From Bispira polyomma (taxonomy: Eukaryota): 64,000 bases of DNA. The position numbers and the translations under genes were made by a program. Shown here piece by piece: positions 39,276-51,496 of the stretch. Location of the stretch: contig OZ287749.1 of assembly GCA_965649765.1 (NCBI GenBank), forward strand, positions 51,026,001 to 51,090,000, in the 5' to 3' direction. Below the pieces are notes generated by a model that saw only the letters and a list, made by a program, of their open reading frames with translations, did no database searches and was not told the origin of the DNA. Position 1 is the first letter of the stretch, and every line of letters starts with the position of its first letter.

Positions 39276-41339
39276 AAAGCTTTTACAATTATTGATGTCA
39301 GCCCCACTTAACACACAATCAACAACAAAGACATTGGAACTGTTGTTGTGTCATGAATTCATGTTGAGATATCAGTCAATTATCTCCATTCCAGCCATCT
39401 GTAAGGAGGATACAGTGGATCTTTTTGCAATATTGACTACAATTTTTTGCAATTCCAAATATCCAAATATATTTAGGTACAATCATCAAGTGTGAATGTA
39501 ACACCGTATTTTAACAAATACTTTGGTGGGTATCAAAACATTTGGGTTCGAGTCCCTTGTTGGATGAAAGGTTTCACAATTATTGATGACAGCCCTACTT
39601 AACACATAATCAGCTGCAAAGACATTGGAACTGTTTAAGCTGTGTCATCAATTCATGATAAGATATTAGTCACTTTTCTGCATTACAGCCATCTTTGAAG
39701 AGATACCAAAGTCTCTTTAGTTTTGTTGAAACTTTCCTGACTACAGTGGATCTTTTTGCAATATTCACTATAATTTTTCGCAATTCCATATCACACAAAA
39801 GAATGCTCTAGATGTTTTGTGTTCAAAGCCCGGTTAGCTCAGTCGGTAGAGCATCAGACTTTTAAGACAATAACCTTGAAGTGATCTGAGGGTCAAGGGT
39901 TTGAATACCTTATTGGGCTAAAGCTTTTACACTGATTGATGACAGCCCTACCTAACACATAATCAGCTGCAAAGACATTGCAACTGTTGTTGTTGTGTCA
40001 TAAATTCATGTTAAGATATCAGTCACTATTCTCCATTACAGCCATCTTTAAAGAGATACCAAAGTCTCTTGTTTTGTTGAAACTTTGCTGACTACAGTGG
40101 ATCTTTTGCAATTCCAAATATCCAAATATATTTAGGTACAATCATCAAGTGTGAATATAACACTGTATTTTAGGAAACATATCAGTGGGCATCAACACAT
40201 ACAAAAGTAGTTACTCCAGATGTCACATCTCAAATAATTCCCTAGAAGATTTCTCTTATAAGCCTGGTTAGCTCAGTTGGTAGACCATCAGACTTTTAAG
40301 ACAATTGCCTTGAAGTGATCTGAAGGTCAAGGGTTTGAGTCCCCTTTTGGGTGAAAGCTTTTACAATTATTGATGTCAGCCCCACTTAACACACAATCAA
40401 CAACAAAGACATTGGAACTGTTGTTGTGTCATGAATTCATGTTGAGATATCAGTCAATTATTTCCATTCCAGCCATCTGTAAGGAGGATACAGTGGATCT
40501 TTTTGCAATATTGACTACAATTTTTTGCAATTCCAAATATCCAAATATATTTAGGTACAATCATCAGGTGTGAATGTAACACCGTATTTTAGCAAATGCT
40601 TTGGTGGGTATCAAAACATTTGGGTTCGAGTCCCTTATTGGATGAAAGGTTTCACAATTATTGATGACAGCCCTACTTAACACATAATCAGCTGCAAAGA
40701 CATTGGAACTGTTTAAGCTGTGTCATCAATTCATGATAAGATATTAGTCACTTTTCTCCATTACAGCCATCTTTGAAGAGATACCAAAGTCTCTTTAGTT
40801 TTGTTGAAACTTTCCTGACTACAATGGATCTTTTTGCAATATTCACTATAATTTTTCGCAATTCCATATCACACAAAAAAATGCTCTAGAAGTTTTCTGT
40901 TCAAAGCCCGGTTAGCTCAGTCGGTAGAGCATCAGACTTTTAAGACAATAACCTTGAAGTGATCTGAGGGTCAAGGGTTTGAATACCTTATTGGGTGAAA
41001 GCTTTTACACTGATTGATGACAGCCCTACCTAACACAGAATCAGCTGCAAAGACATTGCAACTGTTGTTGTTGTGTCATAAATTCATGTTAAGATATCAG
41101 TCACTATTCTCCATTACAGCCATCTTTAAAGAGATACCAAAGTCTCTTGTTTTGTTGAAACTTTGCTGACTACAGTGGATCTTTTGCAATTCCAAATATC
41201 CAAATATATTTAGGTACAATCATCAAGTGTGAATATAACACTGTATTTTAGCAAACACATCAGTGGGCATCAACACAGACAAAAGTAGTTACTCCAGATG
41301 TTACATCTCAAATAATGCCCTAGATGATTTCTGTTCCAA

Positions 41340-41431
41340 GCCTGGTTAGCTCAGTCGGTAGAGCATCAGACTTTTAAGACAATAACCTTGAAGTGATCTG
41401 AGGGTCAAGGGTTCGAATCCCTTATTGGGCG
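41340..41431 (+). tRNA. trnK-UUU: tRNA-Lys(UUU), intron, T4/A59 variant
   Basis: Stems pair; boxes intact. Confidence 0.72.
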
Positions 41432-44400
41432 AAAGCTTTTACACTGATTGATGACAGCCCTACCTAGCACAGAATCAGCTGCAAAGACATTGCAACTGTT
41501 GTTGTTGTGTCATAAATTCATGTTAAGATATCAGTCACTATTCTCCATTACAGCCATCTTTAAAGAGATACCAAAGTCTCTTGTTTTGTTGAAACTTTGC
41601 TGACTACAGTGGATCTTTTGCAATTCCAAATATCCAAATATATTTAGGTACAATCATCAAGTGTGAATACAACAGTGTATTTTAGCAAACACATCAGTGG
41701 GCATCAACACATACAAAAGTAGTTACTCCAGATGTTACATCTCAAATAATGCCCTAGATGATTACTCTTCTAAGCCCGGTTAGCTCAGTCGGTAGAGCAT
41801 CAGACTTTTAAGACGATTGCTTTGAAGTGATCTGAAGGTCAAAGTTTCGAGTTCCCTTTTGGGTGAAAGCTTTTACAATTATTGATGTCAGCCCCACTTA
41901 ACACACAATCAACAACAAAGACATTGGAACTGTTGTTGTGTCATGAATTCATGTTGAGATATCAGTCAATTATCTCCATTCCAGCCATCTGTAAGGAGGA
42001 TACAGTGGATCTTTTTGCAATATTGACTACAATTTTTTGCAATTCCAAATATCCAAATATATTTAGGTACAATCATCAAGTGTGAATGTAACACCGTATT
42101 TTAACAAATACTTTGGTGGGTATCAAAACATTTGGGTTCGAGTCCCTTGTTGGATGAAAGGTTTCACAATTATTGATGACAGCCCTACTTAACACATAAT
42201 CAGCTGCAAAGACATTGGAACTGTTTAAGCTGTGTCATCAATTCATGATAAGATATTAGTCACTTTTCTGCATTACAGCCATCTTTGAAGAGATACCAAA
42301 GTCTCTTTAGTTTTGTTGAAACTTTCCTGACTACAGTGGATCTTTTTGCAATATTCACTATAATTTTTCGCAATTCCATATCACACAAAAGAATGCTCTA
42401 GATGTTTTGTGTTCAAAGCCCGGTTAGCTCAGTCGGTAGAGCATCAGACTTTTAAGACAATAACCTTGAAGTGATCTGAGGGTCAAGGGTTTGAATACCT
42501 TATTGGGTGAAAGCTTTTACACTGATTGATGACAGCCCTACCTAACACAGAATCAGCTGCAAAGACATTGCAACTGTTGTTGTTGTGTCATAAATTCATG
42601 TTAAGATATCAGTCACTATTCTCCATTACAGCCATCTTTAAAGAGATACCAAAGTCTCTTGTTTTGTTGAAACTTTGCTGACTACAGTGGATCTTTTGCA
42701 ATTCCAAATATCCAAATATATTTAGGTACAATCATCAAGTGTGAATACAACAGTGTATTTTAGCAAACACATCAGTGGGCATCAACACATACAAAAGTAG
42801 TTACTCCAGATGTTACATCTCAAATAATGCCCTAGATGATTACTCTTCTAAGCCCGGTTAGCTCAGTCGGTAGAGCATCAGACTTTTAAGACGATTGCTT
42901 TGAAGTGATCTGAAGGTCAAAGTTTCGAGTTCCCTTTTGGGTGAAAGCTTTTACAATTATTGATGTCAGCCCCACTTAACACACAATCAACAACAAAGAC
43001 ATTGGAACTGTTGTTGTGTCATGAATTCATGTTGAGATATCAGTCAATTATCTCCATTCCAGCCATCTGTAAGGAGGATACAGTGGATCTTTTTGCAATA
43101 TTGACTACAATTTTTTGCAATTCCAAATATCCAAATATATTTAGGTACAATCATCAAGTGTGAATGTAACACCGTATTTTAACAAATACTTTGGTGGGTA
43201 TCAAAACATTTGGGTTCGAGTCCCTTGTTGGATGAAAGGTTTCACAATTATTGATGACAGCCCTACTTAACACATAATCAGCTGCAAAGACATTGGAACT
43301 GTTTAAGCTGTGTCATCAATTCATGATAAGATATTAGTCACTTTTCTCCATTACAGCCATCTTTGAAGAGATACCAAAGTCTCTTTAGTTTTGTTGAAAC
43401 TTTCCTGACTACAGTGGATCTTTTTGCAATATTCACTATAATTTTTCGCAATTCCATATCACACAAAAGAATGCTCTAGATGTTTTGTGTTCAAAGCCCG
43501 GTTAGCTCAGTCGGTAGAGCATCAGACTTTTAAGACAATAACCTTGAAGTGATCTGAGGGTCAAGGGTTTGAATACCTTATTGGGTGAAAGCTTTTACAC
43601 TGATTGATGACAGCCCTACCTAACACAGAATCAGCTGCAAAGACATTGCAACTGTTGTTGTTGTGTCATAAATTCATGTTAAGATATCAGTCACTATTCT
43701 CCATTACAGCCATCTTTAAAGAGATACCAAAGTCTCTTGTTTTGTTGAAACTTTGCTGACTACAGTGGATCTTTTGCAATTCCAAATATCCAAATATATT
43801 TAGGTACAATCATCAAGTGTGAATATAACACTGTATTTTAGCAAACACATCAGTGGGCATCAACACATACAAAAGTAGTTACTCCAGATGTTACATCTCA
43901 AATAATGCCCTAGATGATTTCTCTTCTAAGCCTGGTTAGCTCAGTCGGTAGAGCATCAGACTTTTAAGACAATAACCTTGAAGTGATCTGAGTGTCAAGG
44001 GTTCAAATCCATTATTGGGCAAAAGCTTTTACACTGATTGATGACAGCCCTACCTAACACATAATCAGCTGCAAAGACATTGCAACTGTTGTTGTTGTGT
44101 CATAAATTCATGTTAAGATATCAGTCACTATTCTCCATTACAGCCATCTTTAAAGAGATACCAAAGTCTCTTGTTTTGTTGAAACTTTGCTGACTACAGT
44201 GGATCTTTTGCAATTCCAAATATCCAAATATATTTAGGTACAATCATCAAGTGTGAATATAACACTGTATTTTAGCAAACACATCAGTGGGCATCAACAC
44301 ATACAAAAGTAGTTACTCCAGATGTTACATCTCAAATAATGCCCTAGATGATTTTGCTTATAAGCCCGGTTAGCTCAGTCGGTAGAGCATCAGACTTTTA

Positions 44401-47400
44401 AGACAATAACCTTGAAGTGATATGAGGGTCAAGGGTTCGAATACCTTATTGGGTGAAAGCTTTTACACTGGTTGATGACAGCCCTACCTAACACATAATC
44501 AGCTGCAAAGACATTGCAACTGTTGTTGTTGTGTCATAAATTCATGTTAAGATATCAGTCACTATTCTCCATTACAGCCATCTTTAAAGAGATACCAAAG
44601 TCTCTTGTTTTGTTGAAACTTTGCTGACTACAGTGGATCTTTTGCAATTCCAAATATCCAAATATATTTAGGTACAATCATCAAGTGTGAATATAACACT
44701 GTATTTTAGCAAATGCTTTGGTGGGTATCAAAACATTTGGGTTCGAGTCCCTTATTGGATGAAAGGTTTCACAATTATTGATGACAGCCCTACTTAACAT
44801 ATAATCAGCTGCAAAGACATTGGAACTGTTTGAGCCGTGTCATCAATTCATGATAAGATATTAGTCACTTTTCTCCATTACAGCCATCTTTGAAGAGATA
44901 CCAAAGTCTCTTTAGTTTTGTTGAAACTTTCCTGACTACAGTGGATCTTTTTGCAATATTCACTATAATTTTTCGCAATTCCATATCACACAAAAGAATG
45001 CTCTAGATGTTTTGAGTTCAAAGCCTGGTTAGCTCAGTTGGTAGCGCATCAGACTTTTAAGACAATAACCTTGAAGTGATCTGAGGTTCAAGGGTTCGAG
45101 TCCCTTATTGGGCTAAAGCTTTTACACTGATTGATGCCAGCCCTACCTAACACATAATCAGCTGCAAAGACATTGCAACTGTTGTTGTTGTGTCATAAAT
45201 TCATGTTAAGATATCAGTCACTATTCTCCATTACAGCCATCTTTAAAGAGATACCAAAGTCTCTTGTTTTGTTGAAACTTTGCTGACTACAGTGGATCTT
45301 TTGCAATTCCAAATATCCAAATATATTTAGGTACAATCATCAAGTGTGAATATAACACTGTATTTTAGGAAACATATCAGTGGGCATCAACACATACAAA
45401 AGTAGTTACTCCAGATGTCACATCTCAAATAATTCCCTAGAAGATTTCTCTTATAAGCCTGGTTAGCTCAGTTGGTAGACCATCAGACTTTTAAGACAAT
45501 TGCCTTGAAGTGATCTGAAGGTCAAGGGTTTGAGTCCCCTTTTGGGTGAAAGCTTTTACAATTATTGATGTCAGCCCCACTTAACACACAATCAACAACA
45601 AAGACATTGGAACTGTTGTTGTGTCATGAATTCATGTTGAGATATCAGTCAATTATTTCCATTCCAGCCATCTGTAAAGAGGATACAGTGGATCTTTTTG
45701 CAATATTGACTACAATTTTTTGCAATTCCAAATATCCAAATATATTTAGGTACAATCATCAGGTGTGAATGTAACACCGTATTTTAGCAAATGCTTTGGT
45801 GGGTATCAAAACATTTGGGTTCGAGTCCCTTATTGGATGAAAGGTTTCACAATTATTGATGACAGCCCTACTTAACACATAATCAGCTGCAAAGACATTG
45901 GAACTGTTTAAGCTGTGTCATCAATTCATGATAAGATATTAGTCACTTTTCTCCATTACAGCCATCTTTGAAGAGATACCAAAGTCTCTTTAGTTTTGTT
46001 GAAACTTTCCTGACTACAATGGATCTTTTTGCAATATTCACTATAATTTTTCGCAATTCCATATCACACAAAAAAATGCTCTAGAAGTGTTGTGTTCAAA
46101 GCCGGGTTAGCTCAGTCGGTAGAGCATCAGACTTTTAAGACAATAACCTTGAAGTGATCTGAGGGTCAAGGGTTCGAGTCCCTTATTGGGCGAAAGCTTT
46201 TACACTGATTGATGACAGCCCTACCTAACACAGAATCAGCTGCAAAGACATTGCAACTGTTGTTGTTGTGTCATAAATTCATGTTAAGATATCAGTCACT
46301 ATTCTCCATTACAGCCATCTTTAAAGAGATACCAAAGTCTCTTGTTTTGTTGAAACTTTGCTGACTACAGTGGATCTTTTGCAATTCCAAATATCCAAAT
46401 ATATTTAGGTACAATCATCAAGTGTGAATATAACACTGTATTTTAGCAAACACATCAGTGGGCATCAACACAGACAAAAGTAGTTACTCCAGATGTTACA
46501 TCTCAAATAATGCCCTAGATGATTTCTGTTCCAAGCCTGGTTAGCTCAGTCAGTAGAGCATCAGACTTTTAAGACAATAACCTTGAAGTGATCTGAGGGT
46601 CAAGGGTTCGAATCCCTTATTGGGCGAAAGCTTTTACACTGATTGATGACAGCCCTACCTAGCACAGAATCAGCTGCAAAGACATTGCAACTGTTGTTGT
46701 TGTGTCATAAATTCATGTTAAGATATCAGTCACTATTCTCCATTACAGCCATCTTTAAAGAGATACCAAAGTCTCTTGTTTTGTTGAAACTTTGCTGACT
46801 ACAGTGGATCTTTTGCAATTCCAAATATCCAAATATATTTAGGTACAATCATCAAGTGTGAATATAACACTGTATTTTAGGAAACATATCAGTGGGCATC
46901 AACACATACAAAAGTAGTTACTCCAGATGTCACATCTCAAATAATTCCCTAGAAGATTTCTCTTATAAGCCTGGTTAGCTCAGTTGGTAGACCATCAGAC
47001 TTTTAAGACAATTGCCTTGAAGTGATCTGAAGGTCAAGGGTTTGAGTCCCCTTTTGGGTGAAAGCTTTTACAATTATTGATGTCAGCCCCACTTAACACA
47101 CAATCAACAACAAAGACATTGGAACTGTTGTTGTGTCATGAATTCATGTTGAGATATCAGTCAATTATTTCCATTCCAGCCATCTGTAAGGAGGATACAG
47201 TGGATCTTTTTGCAATATTGACTACAATTTTTTGCAATTCCAAATATCCAAATATATTTAGGTACAATCATCAGGTGTGAATGTAACACCGTATTTTAGC
47301 AAATGCTTTGGTGGGTATCAAAACATTTGGGTTCGAGTCCCTTATTGGATGAAAGGTTTCACAATTATTGATGACAGCCCTACTTAACACATAATCAGCT

Positions 47401-47612
47401 GCAAAGACATTGGAACTGTTTAAGCTGTGTCATCAATTCATGATAAGATATTAGTCACTTTTCTCCATTACAGCCATCTTTGAAGAGATACCAAAGTCTC
47501 TTTAGTTTTGTTGAAACTTTCCTGACTACAATGGATCTTTTTGCAATATTCACTATAATTTTTCGCAATTCCATATCACACAAAAAAATGCTCTAGAAGT
47601 TTTGTGTTCAAA

Positions 47613-47704
47613 GCCCGGTTAGCTCAGTCGGTAGAGCATCAGACTTTTAAGACAATAACCTTGAAGTGATCTGAGGGTCAAGGGTTCGAGTCCCTTATTG
47701 GGCG
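47613..47704 (+). tRNA. trnK-UUU: tRNA-Lys(UUU), 19-nt intron
   Basis: Identical to consensus. Confidence 0.9.
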
Positions 47705-48046
47705 AAAGCTTTTACACTGATTGATGACAGCCCTACCTAACACAGAATCAGCTGCAAAGACATTGCAACTGTTGTTGTTGTGTCATAAATTCATGTTAAG
47801 ATATCAGTCACTATTCTCCATTACAGCCATCTTTAAAGAGATACCAAAGTCTCTTGTTTTGTTGAAACTTTGCTGACTACAGTGGATCTTTTGCAATTCC
47901 AAATATCCAAATATATTTAGGTACAATCATCAAGTGTGAATATAACACTGTATTTTAGCAAACACATCAGTGGGCATCAACACAGACAAAAGTAGTTACT
48001 CCAGATGTTACATCTCAAATAATGCCCTAGATGATTTCTGTTCCAA

Positions 48047-48138
48047 GCCTGGTTAGCTCAGTCGGTAGAGCATCAGACTTTTAAGACAATAACCTTGAAG
48101 TGATCTGAGGGTCAAGGGTTCAAATCCCTTATTGGGCG
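48047..48138 (+). tRNA. trnK-UUU: tRNA-Lys(UUU), intron, T4/A57/A59 variant
   Basis: Stems pair; B box GGTTCAAATCC still fits the consensus. Confidence 0.68.
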
Positions 48139-49992
48139 AAAGCTTTTACACTGATTGATGACAGCCCTACCTAGCACAGAATCAGCTGCAAAGACATTGC
48201 AACTGTTGTTGTTGTGTCATAAATTCATGTTAAGATATCAGTCACTATTCTCCATTACAGCCATCTTTAAAGAGATACCAAAGTCTCTTGTTTTGTTGAA
48301 ACTTTGCTGACTACAGTGGATCTTTTGCAATTCCAAATATCCAAATATATTTAGGTACAATCATCAAGTGTGAATACAACAGTGTATTTTAGCAAACACA
48401 TCAGTGGGCATCAACACATACAAAAGTAGTTACTCCAGATGTTACATCTCAAATAATGCCCTAGATGATTACTCTTCTAAGCCCGGTTAGCTCAGTCGGT
48501 AGAGCATCAGACTATTAAGACGATTGCTTTGAAGTGATCTGAAGGTCAAAGTTTCGAGTTCCCTTTTGGGTGAAAGCTTTTACAATTATTGATGTCAGCC
48601 CCACTTAACACACAATCAACAACAAAGACATTGGAACTGTTGTTGTGTCATGAATTCATGTTGAGATATCAGTCAATTATCTCCATTCCAGCCATCTGTA
48701 AGGAGGATACAGTGGATCTTTTTGCAATATTGACTACAATTTTTTGCAATTCCAAATATCCAAATATATTTAGGTACAATCATCAAGTGTGAATGTAACA
48801 CCGTATTTTAACAAATACTTTGGTGGGTATCAAAACATTTGGGTTCGAGTCCCTTGTTGGATGAAAGGTTTCACAATTATTGATGACAGCCCTACCTAAC
48901 ACATAATCAGCTGCAAAGACATTGGAACTGTTTAAGCTGTGTCATCAATTCATGATAAGATATTAGTCACTTTTCTCCATTACAGCCATCTTTGAAGAGA
49001 TACCAAAGTCTCTTTAGTTTTGTTGAAACTTTCCTGACTACAGTGGATCTTTTTGCAATATTCACTATAATTTTTCGCAATTCCATATCACACAAAAGAA
49101 TGCTCTAGATGTTTTGTGTTCAAAGCCAGGTTAGCTCAGTCGGTAGAGCATCAGACTTTTAAGACAATAACCTTGAAGTGATCTGAGGGTCAAGGGTTTG
49201 AATACCTTATTGGGTGAAAGCTTTTACACTGATTGATGACAGCCCTACCTAACACAGAATCAGCTGCAAAGACATTGCAACTGTTGTTGTTGTGTCATAA
49301 ATTCATGTTAAGATATCAGTCACTATTCTCCATTACAGCCATCTTTAAAGAGATACCAAAGTCTCTTGTTTTGTTGAAACTTTGCTGACTACAGTGGATC
49401 TTTTGCAATTCCAAATATCCAAATATATTTAGGTACAATCATCAAGTGTGAATATAACACTGTATTTTAGCAAACACATCAGTGGGCATCAACACATACA
49501 AAAGTAGTTACTCCAGATGTTACATCTCAAATAATGCCCTAGATGATTTCTCTTCTAAGCCTGGTTAGCTCAGTCGGTAGAGCATCAGACTTTTAAGACA
49601 ATAACCTTGAAGTGATCTGAGTGTCAAGGGTTCAAATCCATTATTGGGCGAAAGCTTTTACACTGATTGATGACAGCCCTACCTAACACATAATCAGCTG
49701 CAAAGACATTGCAACTGTTGTTGTTGTGTCATAAATTCATGTTAAGATATCAGTCACTATTCTCCATTACAGCCATCTTTAAAGAGATACCAAAGTCTCT
49801 TGTTTTGTTGAAACTTTGCTGACTACAGTGGATCTTTTGCAATTCCAAATATCCAAATATATTTAGGTACAATCATCAAGTGTGAATATAACACTGTATT
49901 TTAGCAAACACATCAGTGGGCATCAACACAGACAAAAGTAGTTACTCCAGATGTTACATCTCAAATAATGCCCTAGATGATTTCTGTTCCAA

Positions 49993-50084
49993 GCCTGGTT
50001 AGCTCAGTCGGTAGAGCATCAGACTTTTAAGACAATAACCTTGAAGTGATCTGAGGGTCAAGGGTTCGAATCCCTTATTGGGCG
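49993..50084 (+). tRNA. trnK-UUU: tRNA-Lys(UUU), intron, T4/A59 variant
   Basis: Stems pair; boxes intact. Confidence 0.72.
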
Positions 50085-51496
50085 AAAGCTTTTACACTGA
50101 TTGATGACAGCCCTACCTAGCACAGAATCAGCTGCAAAGACATTGCAACTGTTGTTGTTGTGTCATAAATTCATGTTAAGATATCAGTCACTATTCTCCA
50201 TTACAGCCATCTTTAAAGAGATACCAAAGTCTCTTGTTTTGTTGAAACTTTGCTGACTACAGTGGATCTTTTGCAATTCCAAATATCCAAATATATTTAG
50301 GTACAATCATCAAGTGTGAATACAACAGTGTATTTTAGCAAACACATCAGTGGGCATCAACACATACAAAAGTAGTTACTCCAGATGTTACATCTTAAAT
50401 AATGCCCTAGATGATTACTCTTCTAAGCCCGGTTAGCTCAGTCGGTAGAGCATCAGACTATTAAGACGATTGCTTTGAAGTGATCTGAAGGTCAAAGTTT
50501 CGAGTTCCCTTTTGGGTGAAAGCTTTTACAATTATTGATGTCAGCCCCACTTAACACACAATCAACAACAAAGACATTGGAACTGTTGTTGTGTCATGAA
50601 TTCATGTTGAGATATCAGTCAATTATCTCCATTCCAGCCATCTGTAAGGAGGATACAGTGGATCTTTTTGCAATATTGACTACAATTTTTTGCAATTCCA
50701 AATATCCAAATATATTTAGGTACAATCATCAAGTGTGAATGTAACACCGTATTTTAACAAATACTTTGGTGGGTATCAAAACATTTGGGTTCGAGTCCCT
50801 TGTTGGATGAAAGGTTTCACAATTATTGATGACAGCCCTACCTAACACATAATCAGCTGCAAAGACATTGGAACTGTTTAAGCTGTGTCATCAATTCATG
50901 ATAAGATATTAGTCACTTTTCTCCATTACAGCCATCTTTGAAGAGATACCAAAGTCTCTTTAGTTTTGTTGAAACTTTCCTGACTACAGTGGATCTTTTT
51001 GCAATATTCACTATAATTTTTCGCAATTCCATATCACACAAAAGAATGCTCTAGATGTTTTGTGTTCAAAGCCAGGTTAGCTCAGTCGGTAGAGCATCAG
51101 ACTTTTAAGACAATAACCTTGAAGTGATCTGAGGGTCAAGGGTTTGAATACCTTATTGGGTGAAAGCTTTTACACTGATTGATGACAGCCCTACCTAACA
51201 CAGAATCAGCTGCAAAGACATTGCAACTGTTGTTGTTGTGTCATAAATTCATGTTAAGATATCAGTCACTATTCTCCATTACAGCCATCTTTAAAGAGAT
51301 ACCAAAGTCTCTTGTTTTGTTGAAACTTTGCTGACTACAGTGGATCTTTTGCAATTCCAAATATCCAAATATATTTAGGTACAATCATCAAGTGTGAATA
51401 TAACACTGTATTTTAGCAAACACATCAGTGGGCATCAACACATACAAAAGTAGTTACTCCAGATGTTACATCTCAAATAATGCCCTAGATGATCTC

